Assembly: GCA_013265495.1 (NCBI GenBank)
Contig: MU061579.1
Span: 6,734,124 to 6,798,123 of the forward strand
Length of the DNA: 64,000 nucleotides
Reading direction: 5' to 3'
Origin: Vicugna vicugna
Lineage: Eukaryota
Position numbers and translations under genes: made by a program. Positions within the stretch are counted from its first letter, which is position 1; each line of letters opens with the position of its first letter. The notes below the pieces were generated by a model. That model had not been told where the DNA came from. It worked only from the letters and a program-made list of their open reading frames with translations, and searched no databases. Positions 24,190 to 37,354 of the stretch are shown here, one piece after another.

Positions 24190-25400
24190 CTCCTTTAAAG
24201 AGTTTGTTCAGCCTCTGCTTGTACCCACTAATGGGTCATGGACTTACTACTTCAAAAATCAGCTGTTCATTTGTGGACTATTTTACCGTTTATAAAATTC
24301 TCTTATTTGAAATGTGCTTCTCATCTTTGAGTCTAGAAAAAAAAAAAGAATGTTTCAATCTTTTCCCACAATAGCCCTTCAAATACCAGAATAGAAATCT
24401 TTCTTTAAGTCTGTTCTTGTCCAGGGCAAATTATTTCAACCATTCTCCAGTGACATATTGTCTAATTCCTCATCTTGGTTATCCCTATTAAGAACACTCA
24501 AGATATGTGGGGTTCTTGTTTAAAAAAAAATTGCAAATAATCTAGTACAGTCTGACCAGCATAAAGTAGACTGGGATAATTACTTCCATTAATCCAGACA
24601 TTGAAATGTTGCAGAAAAAATGTGTTACAGCTCAGTGTTATAACTCAGTGTTACAGCTCAGTTGTGACAGAAACCTGGATCTGGGCGAGAGAGTAGCACT
24701 TGGAGAGTTGGAGAACTCAGGTTTATTATGCCCGTGGTCCCAAAGGAGTTAACACTCCAAACTCTGGACCCCATCTGTAGGTTTACACAGGCTTTTATAG
24801 GCTGCCAGTTTACACTTTGCAACATCGTATGCAAGTAAGGTATAACGAAAGTTGACTAATGAGGAACAAGCTTTGTAGAAATGGACCAATCAGGAGGGAG
24901 AGAAATAACCAATCAGGAGTGAGGGAAATGGACCATCAGGAGGGAGAGAAATAACCAAACAGGAGTGAGCTCAGAGAACCAATAGAATTTTAGGGGTAAG
25001 TTCCACTTTCCTAGAAGTAAGCCATTTCAGAGACAAAAAGTGAGATAGAGCCTCTTGGCCAGGGAACTGGATGGTGCTGACAGGAGAGTAGTGGACCTGC
25101 CTGGGAGTCCTGCTGGTATGTTTGTATGGGGCTTCCCACCTCACTACTATTATTAAGGCTGCCTAAGATTCAGTCAACCTTGGTAACATTCATATAGTAT
25201 TTTTGTCTTATACTGAGATTGTATCTTCATTTTCACGTAACGTTTTCTCTTGTCACGTTGCCCCCATCATATCTGTGAACTAGTATTTTTTGTTGTTTTT
25301 GGTGGTGGTGGTTAATTTTTGCACCTGATACAGAGCATAACCCTTATTTAGTAATGTGTCATTGGGTTATAGAGCATCATTCCAGACTCAAGGTCATTTG
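24190..25400 (-). mobile_element. CR1/L3 LINE fragment, split by an LTR at 24602-25143
   Basis: Antisense L3-like motifs (CAACCATTCTCCAGTGACAT; GTCTGACCAGCATAAAGTAGACTGGGATAATTACTTCC...) resume after the LTR with TATTAAGGCTGCCTAAGATT. Confidence 0.6.
24602..25143 (-). mobile_element. Lineage-specific ERV solo LTR
   Basis: TG...CA ends. On the minus strand, a CCAAT/ATTGG array (24883-24986), TATAAAA (24799-24793), AATAAA (24727-24722) and 13-bp U5 repeats occur in LTR order. No clean TSD seen. Confidence 0.85.
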
Positions 25401-26659
25401 AAAACTTTGTTTTACTATGAAGGCTGGACCATGGGGGAAGATTCTTCTACTCTGAGACAACCAGAGCCAATTTTTTTCCTTTCTTCAGCCTCACAAACAA
25501 ACAGTCCAGGCCCAAATAAATCTCTGTGCATCAGCATAAGACCAGCCATCATCACCCCACTATCTACTAAGAACTGTTGAGGTTTTAAGAGGCCAGTTTC
25601 TCACCCTTCTCTCTGAATTCTAAATCATTTGAGCAATAGGTAACAGATTCCAATAAACATCAAAATACAAGTTTTATTGCTCGCAAAACTAATCAGGGAC
25701 TGTAATTTAAAGCAGAGGCCAATATTGACTTTTGATGTCCATGCCCCTCTCTCCTTTCTCCCTCACAGGAAGCTGTCCTATGTAACACATGGTGGGCAGG
25801 AATAGAGAGAAGAACACATTCAGCCTATAGACAAGCGGCTTGGAAACAGAACCAATAAGAGGCAAGAAGGGGCAGTTCAATTAGACAGAACCCCTTTCCC
25901 TAATCTCAGTCATCAGATCAATCACTCCACCTCCAGTGGAGAGAACCACTAAGGAGAGGAGGGCCAGGAATGTTCTCTCAATGTGTTCCCTGCTGGGGTG
26001 GAAAGTGGAAGCTACACTCCTCCCAAAATGGAAGGAACAAAATAATGTGTTCCCCCTAACAAGATGCCCATGAGTAGGGTGTTGATTCTGCCAGGCAGGC
26101 TGTTTGCTGTCTCTTGCATGAGATTTGTTCATTTCTCCCTCTAATCTTTTGCAAATACCACTGCTTGATTAGAATCCTTCCCCCTTCTCCACTAAAGCAA
26201 ATCTCCCTGTGGCTCTGTTTACTTACAGGGAATACATTATTTGAGTCATTGAATGTTAAAACACCTAAAAATAAAATTTGTTTCAAAGGCAGACATACCA
26301 AATTTAAATAGCTGCTGCCCATGAGCTGGTATAAGGCTCTTAGGTATCCAGTGATCAAGGCCTTCACTCCTTATGCATGAAACACAGATTTAAAGACTGT
26401 TGCAATGCCCAATTCAGTCTCCCTGGAAGAAGTTAAGACTATGACAAAACATCAGTGCAGGCATTAACCTATGTATATTCTTAGAAAAAAATGTGAGTAG
26501 TGATATGTTACTTTAAATTTTTCAAGAATAAAATTATGGGTAGACATGTGTTATTAACTAGGCTAAATTTTAAAACAGTATAGGCTTAAAGCAACTTAAC
26601 TCTAAGTTTTTATTTTACTTATAATATTTCCAAAAATTGAAAATCCACTCAAATTTAGA

Positions 26660-26791
26660 ACAAAGGTCAGCAAATAGTTTTTGTAAAAGGCCAGAGAGTA
26701 ACTATTTTAGGCTTTGAGGTTCCTTTAGCCCCTGTTGGAACTACTCAACTCTACTCTGCTATTGGAATGTGAACACAGCCATGGACAATAC
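26660..26791. mobile_element. MER58A-type hAT MITE (partial)
   Basis: GGTCAGCAAATAGTTTTTGTAAAAGGCCAGAGAGTAACTATTTTAGGCTTTG...AACTACTCAACTCT. Confidence 0.85.
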
Positions 26792-27297
26792 ACTTTTGAG
26801 ATTGTATGCTCCTTAAATGACCAGCTTTTATCCAGATCTGATTTACCAAACTGTGCCTCTTAAACGGGTTTGAATATTTCTGCTGAAGATCTTTTCAACT
26901 TCTGGAGGTTTTACATCATTTATGCATAGCAAAAACTATTATTTTCAAAAGGCAAAACTTTTTTCTTTTTCCCAGGGTTATTAAAGTTTAATTATTTTGG
27001 ACAGATGAAACATAATAAAATGTATAAACCAAATTTCTGCTTGGTCCAAAGCTAAGTCTGACATCCTGCATATTTAAACAATAAAGGGAGCATTAGGTGT
27101 TTGGTAGAGGACTTACTAGATGGAAATTCTTTGGTGAGTTAGTTCCTTAGGAAGAACCTGGAATTATGAAGCTCTATGTTAAGTAAGAGAACCCTGTGGC
27201 TTCCACTCTAGAGACTCATGAAGTATCTGCTTTATATGCTTAGTTTTTATTCTGAGATGCTTCTACTATAGATAATAAATGAAACAAGTAGGAAGAA

Positions 27298-27482
27298 CGT
27301 TAATATATTAATCATTACTAATATGTTAATAATGTTATCAATACATTTTAATTATGTTAATATTTAATATGGCAACACTATATAACGCTGTATTATTATT
27401 TTCTATTAAATTATATTTGATATTATCAAATTCTTATCATTTTAATAATGTAATAATTATGAACATATTATGATAGTATTAT
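27298..27482. repeat. AT-rich low-complexity tract
   Basis: Almost entirely A/T, with TAATAT repeats. Confidence 0.75.
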
Positions 27483-28159
27483 TCAGACACAGGCCTAAGG
27501 ACATATACACACTGTCTTGGACACATAATACTAATTTCTATCTAAATATTAGAAAGTTTTGTTGGAGGACAGAAATCCTAATTTGTATTTGAAGATAAAA
27601 TGAAAACTATTATTTTAGCTATGGACATTTTCTCACCATGATCCAAGTTTAAATACCTATTTTTTTTTTCTTTTCTCAATTCTAACCCCAAAGAAACATG
27701 TACGGAAGGAAGAAACAAGTAATGCAAAGTAAGACAAGGTTTGTCTTTCCATTTCCTTGTAGAGGTTTTGTCAAACTGCTCATTAATCAGTGCTATCTAT
27801 TACTTTCAAACAATGATTGATAGTTATTATATTAAGAAACATATCAGGTTAAAAAATATTAGAATAAAAATATAAATAAATAAATAAACTGATCAAGATG
27901 ATTAAGAATGATTTCTTCTGCAGTTATTGACAATGGCAGTCTACATTAGGTCAACCAAGGATGTTACCTACTCAAAAACACTCTGCTGAGAAATGTCTTA
28001 TTCACTGTCGGGGAGTGAACAAGGGGAAATGATGCTGAGCCCGGGCCAGCTCTTTGTGGAAAGCGGGACACACACGAGCTCCAAGCGTGTATGCAGAGAG
28101 GTGGTTGTCTTGATGGCCAGTGGTTTGAAGGACTTCCAAGTGAAGGCTAGAAATTATGG

Positions 28160-28365
28160 GCACAATTTCTCACAAATACGAACACAATGTGGCTCACATG
28201 CAATTGACATCAGAATCACAAAGATTAAGTATTTAAAATGCAGATTCCTGGTTCCCTCTTCAGAGTGACTCCATGAAAATCTGTGGAATTACGGCCCAGG
28301 AATTTGCCCTTGTTTTTCATCATCTTTGATGGATTTTATGCATATGAAAGTTTGAAAAGCACTGA
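28160..28365. mobile_element. MER5-type MITE
   Basis: CATCAGAATCAC...TTAAAATGCAGATTCCTGG...GGCCCAGGAATTTGC...AAAGTTTGAAAAGCACTG. Confidence 0.8.
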
Positions 28366-29689
28366 ATCAGTGGCTCATGCTGTAGAATGGTCTACTGTTT
28401 CATACTCCACTAGAGATTTCAAATAATGACCTGTTGGATCTTAGGAAGATCTTGTGCTTATTTGAAAGGCAGATTCTCCAAGCCTACTTGCACAAAAGCA
28501 TTGATTCTTTATTACCTTGGAGTTGTTGACCTTGGCAGATTAAGAGTACCCTGATTTATGCATAAAGTGTGGAGAGTTTCTGTATTTTTCTGGGGTAAAG
28601 GTGTTTAGTCTTTATCAGATTTTCAAATAGCTCCCTAACTCTCTCCTGAATTTCTGGATCACTGGACTAAAGGAATCAAACTCATCTAATTGCAACTAAT
28701 TTATTCTATTGTAGATTTCATTTACCATGTTCAGAACAGCAGGTCATTTGCTTGATGACAAGAAGAATTCGTCCTTAAAATGTTTTGCAGCATTTTATCT
28801 TAAGTGTTTCATTTCCCAAATTATCACCTGTTTCTGAAGTAAAATACCATACATATCATCAAGCTAATATCAGAAATCTGGTTCTAAATGTTCAATCAAT
28901 TGAATGCAAAATTCACATCAAGAATAGGAAATAGCTAAACTTAAGATCACAGAATACATCCTCTATTTCCCACTGTCTGTCTATAACAGCTTTTACTTCC
29001 ATAAAAAGGAAGAGGATTTTGTGACTGAAATTACCTGTGATTTTTGTTCTAGCATTATCTCACCGAAAGTACTGTAAATCTCCATTGTTGTGTGGTAGTC
29101 TTTGTGCAAGAGGTTGTAACAAGAAGAAATGAAGCTAAGTGAAAGTGAATAAGGATAGAACCTACAGCTATTTATAACATTGTGATTCTGGGTTAGTGAT
29201 AAAAAGCTTTATTTATGTCTAGTTAATAATACTGTGTCTGGAAAGACAGCCTCAGACAAAACAGATGAGTTCTCTATAATGTGAATTTTACAAAAGACAA
29301 ATTCTTTCCTTAATATATACATAAGCAAATAACTATTGCAAGCCAATATTCTCTGATGACAGAGTCAGAACTTAAATTTTGGCGTATATTAATAGTACAA
29401 ATAGTAAATCTAGGTAAGAAAGAAGTGCTTGATTCTCTTTGAATACAAAGGAGACAAAACATTTGGCTCAGGAAAACTGCCTCAGAGCAAAATCCTTGGC
29501 CCTTGGACACTGCAGAGATGCTTAAGTTCTAATGTTAGTTTTCCACATGTGTTTGCCACTTTCTAGCTTATATTTGTAGTTACTAGCAATGTCTGTGACA
29601 CAGAGAGAACACATAATAAATAATTCCTCAATAGGTACATGAATAAAAGACATTCACTAAATAAGATAGAAGATAGTTGAGATTCCCAT

Positions 29690-30075
29690 TATATTAGGGT
29701 AAATAAATGACCTAAACGAAAAAAAAAAAAAAAACTCAATGGCCCAATACAATACACTTTAATTCTAGCTCCCAGAAAGCTCAATGCATGATGATGGTAT
29801 ATACTGTCCCATGTAGCAGTTCAGAGACCAATATAAATTCTGGACTCTTCTTTCCTAGGAGTCCACATCTAGCCATGAGGCAGAAAAGAAAGAATGGAGA
29901 AAAATCATGAGAGATTTTAATAGGCCACTCCTGGATGTGACATACATCACTTTCACCTATATTTCATCCATCAGATCTCCATTACATGGAGTGGGAAAAG
30001 TGGACAGTCTGTGTACTGCAGGGTCAAGTGGAGGAATAACGGGTTTCACTTAACAATTAGCTTATCTCTGCCATA
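29690..30075 (-). mobile_element. Old MLT1 (K/L-like) LTR
   Basis: GGCCACTCCTGGATGTGACATACATCACTTTCACCTATATTTCAT...TCTCTGCCATA. Confidence 0.7.
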
Positions 30076-33000
30076 CCAGAATTAGGGCCAGCTCTTTCCT
30101 TAGGTAGTGAGAATGTATGTAAGTAATACCTACCTACCTACCCATAGCCAACTCTAGGGTTACTTACGTACTTTGTGGTCTCTGCAGTGGGATTTTTTCA
30201 CTAGCTACTATCCTAAGTAGTAAAATCAACCTGGTTGTAATCTCGAGCAAGGGAGACGCATGTTAATCTAACAGTTCAAGATGGACTCTTCTAAGATTCA
30301 GTTGTTACAACTACCTACCTCTTGGTATTTTTAACCATTTATCCAGCAAGCTGTTTGACACTGAATCATTCTTTAGTAGGATTGCCATTATAGTTCTGAA
30401 GCTCTTCCTAAAGAGTCCTAGGTTTTCTAAATAGAACCCATCCTAATTCCCCTGTTCTTCCCATAAGCATTAATTAAGCAGTTGACCCTCTTATTCACAC
30501 TGTTTTGACATGAACAGTGTGTGAAAAGCATAGTGAACTAATGGAATTATCTGCTTCAGTCTCATATATTCACCTCTTTGACCCTGTGGGACCATTTCTT
30601 AATGAAGACTGTTAGCTGTACATACCAGTAAGGTTGAGATTTATACAATTACCTCTCAAATCTCAGCTGCTCATTAGCAGACTGCCTCTTCAGCAGTTAA
30701 ATGAATTAACCTATTTCCTACTTCATTGCTTTATCCATTTTCATCTCTAACTTTTAATATATTATAATATGCCTTATATCCACAATACTGCTGGTTTGTG
30801 AGCACGGTTTCTGTGTTTAAAAAGAGACACTAAAATTTATTTTTTGCTAACGATAACATCTTTCCCACTTGCCTCCCACCCTCCTCGTCCCATTCCATTT
30901 TTCTACATTTCTGCAGTATATGTGCATTGTTACTGTCAAAAAGCAATAAACCTCAATGCTTGTTAATAAACTTAAAAGATACATTTCATCTTTGTTTGTT
31001 AAGGAAGAGTCATCTTTGGCAATCTTCATAAATTTGTCCCCAGAAAAAAAAAGTGTCTTGAGTTGGAACATTCATGTATTTGAGAGTATGTATGGGGGGA
31101 GGGGCTAGCATATTCTACCATGAAGAAGTACTGTGCATAAAGAGTATTTAGTAACTAAAGCATCAAAAACAAATCTCATAACTGAAAAGCTTATCTATAG
31201 GAATAGCCATTACAACATGTTATATTTCTGAAATATGCTGTCCATGTAACCTAGTTTAGAAAATGCTTGGTTTCTTTCATTCCCATCTGCTTTAGCCATT
31301 CATTTTAACTCCTCTGTGATATCTAGCTCCTGGAAACATTTTGGATTTCATACATTATTGGGTTAAAAAAGGATGATAATAAGATATTTCCATTGTTCTA
31401 CAAAACCCATGACTTGACAAATGCCTTAAATGCTAATATCAAAAATACTATGGACTGCAACAACAATCTTCTTTGTTTTTCAAACATTGCAACAGAAGAG
31501 AGATTTTTGTATCTCTCATGTCTTTTATTTCTTCTCCCCCTACCCCTGAGGAAAGTAGAGTTTTTTAGTACAAATTTTATTGATGGTATCATATGAAAGG
31601 CATTAAACACGCAAATAAAACTTGTGTTGTGGATGCTACATCCTACAGAACCTACTATTATAGAAGATTGTGATGATTAGTGTTTAGAGACATCCACTAT
31701 TGCCATCCTAAGATAAAGCCAGCAATCTTCAGGATGGAGCTGAGATTCTAGAGAACAGAGAAACTCAGAAGGGGTACTAGAAAAGAAAGATTATGGGAGG
31801 CCAGATAGTAAAGAAACTCCAGAGAACCAAGCATCCAGCCAAGGTGACTGCATTGAATGTAACATTACCACCAAAACAACCAAAGTTTATTTTGCATAAA
31901 CCACTGAAAATTGTTATGTATTTATAATTGACTTCTGATACAATTTTATGTTTATTCTTGACAATAAACTGTACCGACCCACTCTTCCAGACAGTGTTCA
32001 CTAAGTAAATAAATAATGTTATTTCCACTGACCATTGGCAAAATCTTCTAGTGGTGAATGTAAATTGGACAGAATGTAGTCATGTATTTGACAAAATCAA
32101 TTAGTCAAGAAAATGTTCAGACATTTCCCCGACAAGCTTAGACTTTTTAATGGGACAATCAGTTTTGATCTTCTAGTGACCTTATGAGCAAACAGATTTA
32201 AGATGCTTTTTATACATCTGCTACTCTTACCTCTTATTAGAAGCAATTTCTCTAAATAAGGGTACTTTGATCATATATGCTTATAAAATATTGCAAAAAA
32301 AACAACAATGTGAATTCAAGAGGACAGCTTCTGCTTATTTTCAGGGGCATTAATTTTATCCTTAAGTCTTTTTAAAATGATGTCCTTATGATTCAGAGGA
32401 TGATTTTAGTGGCTTCTTATATCAGCCTTTACAAAATGTTACATTTTCCAGCTTACTCTTACTGTGCTGACTTTATAACCAACAGACTGAGCACATAAGC
32501 AAACAAATAAAACACCCAAAGACAAAAAACAAAAACAAACAAAACCACAGGTAGGAATTTGAAGTGATCAACCGAAACTGATCTTAGAACAGGATTACAG
32601 GTAAATTATCTGATAACATAGGACTCATATTAAGTAAATATCTCTCTCACTCCTTAAATATAATGAAGAATTAATTCCTAAACAGTTTTGCCTAAGGAGA
32701 AAAGTATGTAACTAATAAATTTTCATTAATTTTTTAAGTTAGTACATTTCAATCAATTGTTAAATCATATAGAATCTTAGTTGAAAGATACATATCATAG
32801 GCAATGAATTGAGAAAATGTTTCTGTTTGTGCTAAATGGTTTACCTACATTTATGGTATATACTAAGTCAAAATTATGCATAATCATACATGTGTGCTAC
32901 TAGTTGAAAATATTTTATATTTTGAGTTATATATTATAATTATAGTATTTGATAAAATATCAGGTTACTTAAACTCATACACTAAAGTATAGATTAACAA

Positions 33001-34749
33001 TCTGAATTTCAAACTAAAAAAAATTTATGATTTCCACATTTTCTTCAGTTGTACAAAGGTGAGAATATTCAGTGACTTAAATCAAATAGTTGTTTTAGAA
33101 TCCTACTATGCTGGTGGGTTACAGTTTATAAATTAAAAATAGAGAAGGAAGAAAAAAAATAGAAAAGAAGAAAAAACTGACAGTGAGTTCCACATAATAC
33201 ACATCATCACAAAAGTACCATTAAAACATTTAAACAAAAGCAATAGAAAAATTCAGATTTCAAAATATGGTAAAAATATTACCCTACCCCTTTGAAATCT
33301 CAGCGTCATCCATGTAGTAGATGGTGTATCTTAAGGTAAAAATAGATGTCTGCAATTAACTTTAGAGTCAGATGCGATACAATCTTACAGAAAACAGTTA
33401 TTCTACTGAGCTCATCCAGATTAGTCAAATGATGTAAATGTGTCATTCTTTGGCAAATAATGCATTGAATACACATATTTCAAAAGAAGAAAGATCTAAC
33501 ATCAATAATGTGAACTATTGTATTAGAGAAAAAAGCAATATAAGCTTAAAGCAAAGAGAAGAAATAATATAAATTATAGTAGAAATCAGTGAAATTGAAA
33601 ACAGGGAAAACTTCTTAGGAAAAAACAGTAAAATTGATAAACTTCTAGCAAGGCTAAACAAGAAAAAAGAGAAAAGACACAATTTATTAATCATCAGTGG
33701 AACAGGAATCATCACAATTGATCCCATGGACATTAAAAGGATAATCAAGGAATATTATGAATAACTCTCTACCACAATTTTGATAACTTGGATGAAATGG
33801 ATGACTTCCTTGGGACAAATAAATAATATTAATATAGGAAAAAATAAAAACTTAATAGACATATCATTTTAAAAAATTGAACCAATAATTAATAAACTTC
33901 TGAAGAAGAAAAGTGTCATTCCCAGATGGTTATTTTTTATTGAATTCTACCAAAAATTTTAGGAAGAAATGATACAAATTACCTACAATCTCTTTCAGAA
34001 AATGGAAGCAGAGAAAACATTTACTAATTCATTCAATGAGGCCAGTATTACCCCAATAACAGATAAAGATACTATAAGAAATACTCAAGACCAAAACCTC
34101 TCCTGAACATAGGTGCAAAAATTCATAATGAAACACTAGAAAATCTAATCCAACAACATATAAAAAGAATTAGACACCATGACCAAGTGGGATTTATTCC
34201 AGGATGCAATGCTGGTTAAATATTTGAAAATTAATTACTCTTAATTCATAACCATCACATCAACAGGTTAAAGAAAAAACACATGATTATATCATTGATA
34301 CAGAAAAAAACTTGACAAAATCCAATATCTAGTCAAGATTTAAAAAAAGAAAACTAAGCAAGCCAAGAATAAAGGGGAACTTTGTGAAGTTCATAAGTTC
34401 ATAAGTTCATAAGTTCAACCATCTACAAAAAACCTACAGTTAACATCACACTTCAAATTGAAAAACTAGATGCTTTCTCCCTATGATTGGAGCAAAGCAA
34501 GAAAAGCCCCTCTCTGTGCTTTTATTCAACACTATCACAGAAGGCCGAGCTAATTCCAAGAAGACAAGAAAAGTAAGTAAAATATATACAAATTTGAAAG
34601 AAATAAATTATCTTTGTTCACAGATAATATGATTGCTGTACAGAAGATCCCAAAGAATCAACAATAGCGATATCAATAACAGAAACCTACTGGAACTAAT
34701 TAGCAATTAAAGCAAGGTTGCAAGATACAAGTTTAATATAAAAGAGTCA

Positions 34750-34845
34750 GGGTGGCTAATAGCTCAGTGGTGGAATGCTTGCTTAGCATGCATGAGGTTC
34801 TGGGTTCTATGCCCAGTACCTCTGTTAAAAAAAAGAAAGAATAAA
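34750..34845 (+). mobile_element. tRNA-Ala-derived SINE (camelid Vic-1 type)
   Basis: Box A TAGCTCAGTGG 34760-34770, GCTTAGCATGCATGAGG anticodon-arm remnant, degenerate box B 34803-34813, CCCAGTACCTC, then A-rich tail. Confidence 0.85.
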
Positions 34846-35960
34846 GTGGGAGATCAAGATTTGCAGATACTATTATATATAAAATAGATAAACAATAAGT
34901 TTATAAGTTTATACTATATAGCACAGGGAACTATATTCAATATCTTGTAGTAACATAATGAAAAATAATATGAGGGAGAGAAGCAAGATGGCGGAGTAGA
35001 AAGATGCTTGTAGCTCACCCTCTCCCACAAATACACGAAAACTCACATCTACGGACCTAGTCAGCCAAGCAGAGCACCTGCCAAACTCCGACAGAACATT
35101 GCCCTCTTCAAAAGACAAAGACCCCAAAAATCTGGTAGGAGAAAAGGAAAAAAGAAAGAAGAAAAAACAAAACAGTGCAGGACCAGTCCCCCGGGGAGGG
35201 AGCGGCAAAGGAGAACTGGCACTCATTCACTGTGTCTCCCCCATCCAGTGGAGAGGCAAGCGGGATGGAGGGGGAGCCTCCGAGGCTCAAATCTGCCCTG
35301 GGCACCCCTTGACCAACAGAACTGAGTTAAACAGGCATAAAGGGTCCCTGCAACACCCAGCCCGAGACACGAGCCAGCAGCTGCAGGCCGGGACAGGCTG
35401 CCCGAGCCCAGCAGAGGACTAGGGCAGCTGCACTGAGGCAGCCCTGGGGGACTGCAGGGTGCTGCATGCTGTGGCTGGGAGGGGATATGGAGCAGAACAA
35501 TCTCAGTCCCCCATAAATTGTGAAAAAAGCAAAGCAACAAGGCTGGTGTGCCCTGGAGGAGGGGTGCCATAGCCTTTGTCTCCTCAGACCTGTGCCGCCA
35601 TTACTGACGCTTTCCGGGAGAAGAGAGGCGGGGCACAGCCACAGCCACCATCTCCTCCTGTGTGCAGCACACAGGCGGGGGCGGGGGCAGGGCCAAGACC
35701 TGAATCCGTACCTAGGGTCTCCACAACCTCCTGGGCAGGACTGAGACTTGCATATAGCCTGAGGCAGATAGGATTTTTCTGCCCTGGCACCTCAGAGAAC
35801 TCCCACCACCAAGACAAGGAGCTGAGATTTGTCACGGAGCAGGGGCAGGGCCATTCCGCGGTCTTCCCCAAGCCCACCTTCAGAGTGCCGACCCGAGGTG
35901 GAGCAGGCAGCTGCACAGAGCAGTGGAGCGACCGACTCCCGGAGAGGGTGGGCAGCCAAC

Positions 35961-36130
35961 CACCTCCCTGGCAGGAACACAGCACCTGACCATGGTGCTG
36001 GGAGGGGGCACGATCCGCCCACCTGCTTCGAGCACAGTATCTGACCTCGGCATCGGGAGGGGGAATGACCCACCTGCCTACCTGGTAAGAGCTCAGCACC
36101 TGACCCAGTATTGGGAGGGGGCACAATCTG
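35961..36130 (+). repeat. Three diverged ~50-65 bp tandem units in the L1 5' UTR
   Basis: Recurring CACCT...CAGCACCTGACC...GGGAGGGGG. Confidence 0.75.
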
Positions 36131-36312
36131 CTAGCCAACAGCCACTGGGAGCAGCACAGATGAGGGTGCCAACAGAGGGCCTCTGGAAACAGCAAGCTGA
36201 GTTTGCGAAACAGGGCAAAGACACAATGACCTCTCGATAAAATCATTAAGAGCACAGCGTCTCCAGGAGAACTAGATAACTGATACTCCTTAAGCCACAG
36301 TGCCAGAGAGAT

Positions 36313-37211
36313 ATGAGCAATATGAAGAAGCAGAGGAACCACTCCAAATTAAAAGACCAAGAGAAATCCCCTGAAAGCACGAGCAAGGAAATAGACGTTG
36401 ATGGCCTACTAGATCAAGATTTCAAAAAAGGATTGATCAAAGTACTGAAGGAACTAAAAGAAATAGTGTTTAGATATATAAAATATGTCAAAAATGAAAT
36501 AGAAGCTATAAAGAAGAACCAAGTAGAATTAGTAAACTCATTTGCTGAAATGAGAGCTAACCTAAAAGCTGAACAAAGCATGCTAGGTAATTCAGAGGAA
36601 CAATTAAGCGACCTAGAAGACAGGACAACAGAAAGCACCCAATCAGAACAGCTGAGAGAAAATCAAATAAACACAATGAAAACAATATAAGGGACCTATG
36701 GGATAGTATAAAGTGTGCCAATCTACGCATAATAGGAGTTCCAGAAGGGGAAGAAAGAACAAAGGGGATTGAAAAGGTATTTGAAGAAGTCATGACTGAA
36801 AACTTCCCAAACCTAAAGAAGGAATCAGATATCCAAGTACAGGAGGCTCAGAGGGTCCCAAACAGGAAGAACCCAAACAGACCCACACCAAGACATATAA
36901 TCAAGATGGCCAGAGTCAAGGATAAAGAAATGATCCTAAAGGCAGCAAGAGAAAATCAAAGAGTGAATTACAAGGGAACCCCCATAAGGCTCTCAGCTGA
37001 TTTCTCTACACAAACACTACAGGCCAGAAGGGAGTGGCAAGATACATTCAAAGTCCTGAATGAAAAAAAGATGCAGCCTAGGATACTCTATCCAGCAAGG
37101 CTATCCTTTAGAATAGAAGGAGAGATAAAGAACTTCACAGACAAGCAAAACTTAAAAGAGTTTAGCAACACTAAACCCATGCTAAAAGAAATATTGACAG
37201 GTCTACTCTAA
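36313..37211 (+). pseudogene. L1 ORF1p (~299 aa), one frameshift near 36670-36675
   Basis: Coiled-coil N-terminus, then in the shifted frame NIRDLWDSIKCANLRIIGVPEGEE, RPTPRHII, ILKAARE, YKGTPIRLSADFS, ARREW and YPARLSF, all hallmark ORF1p motifs. Confidence 0.93.
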
Positions 37212-37354
37212 ATAGAAAAGAAGCAGGATGCTACAAAAGTGAGAAACTCATAACTGGAAAGGAGATAACGGCCATGAATTGCAAAAAGAATAAACACAAA
37301 ATTATAAAAGAAGACATCTAAATCATTAAGAATGGGAGAGAGAAGCAAGGAAAG

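Noticed and set aside
34387..34417. (AAGTTCAT)n short tandem repeat
   Set aside because: Ordinary slippage expansion inside an old L1.
34750..34822. Functional tRNA-Ala gene
   Set aside because: Degenerate box B and stems, SINE-type 3' extension, A-rich tail and insertion within an L1 indicate a SINE.
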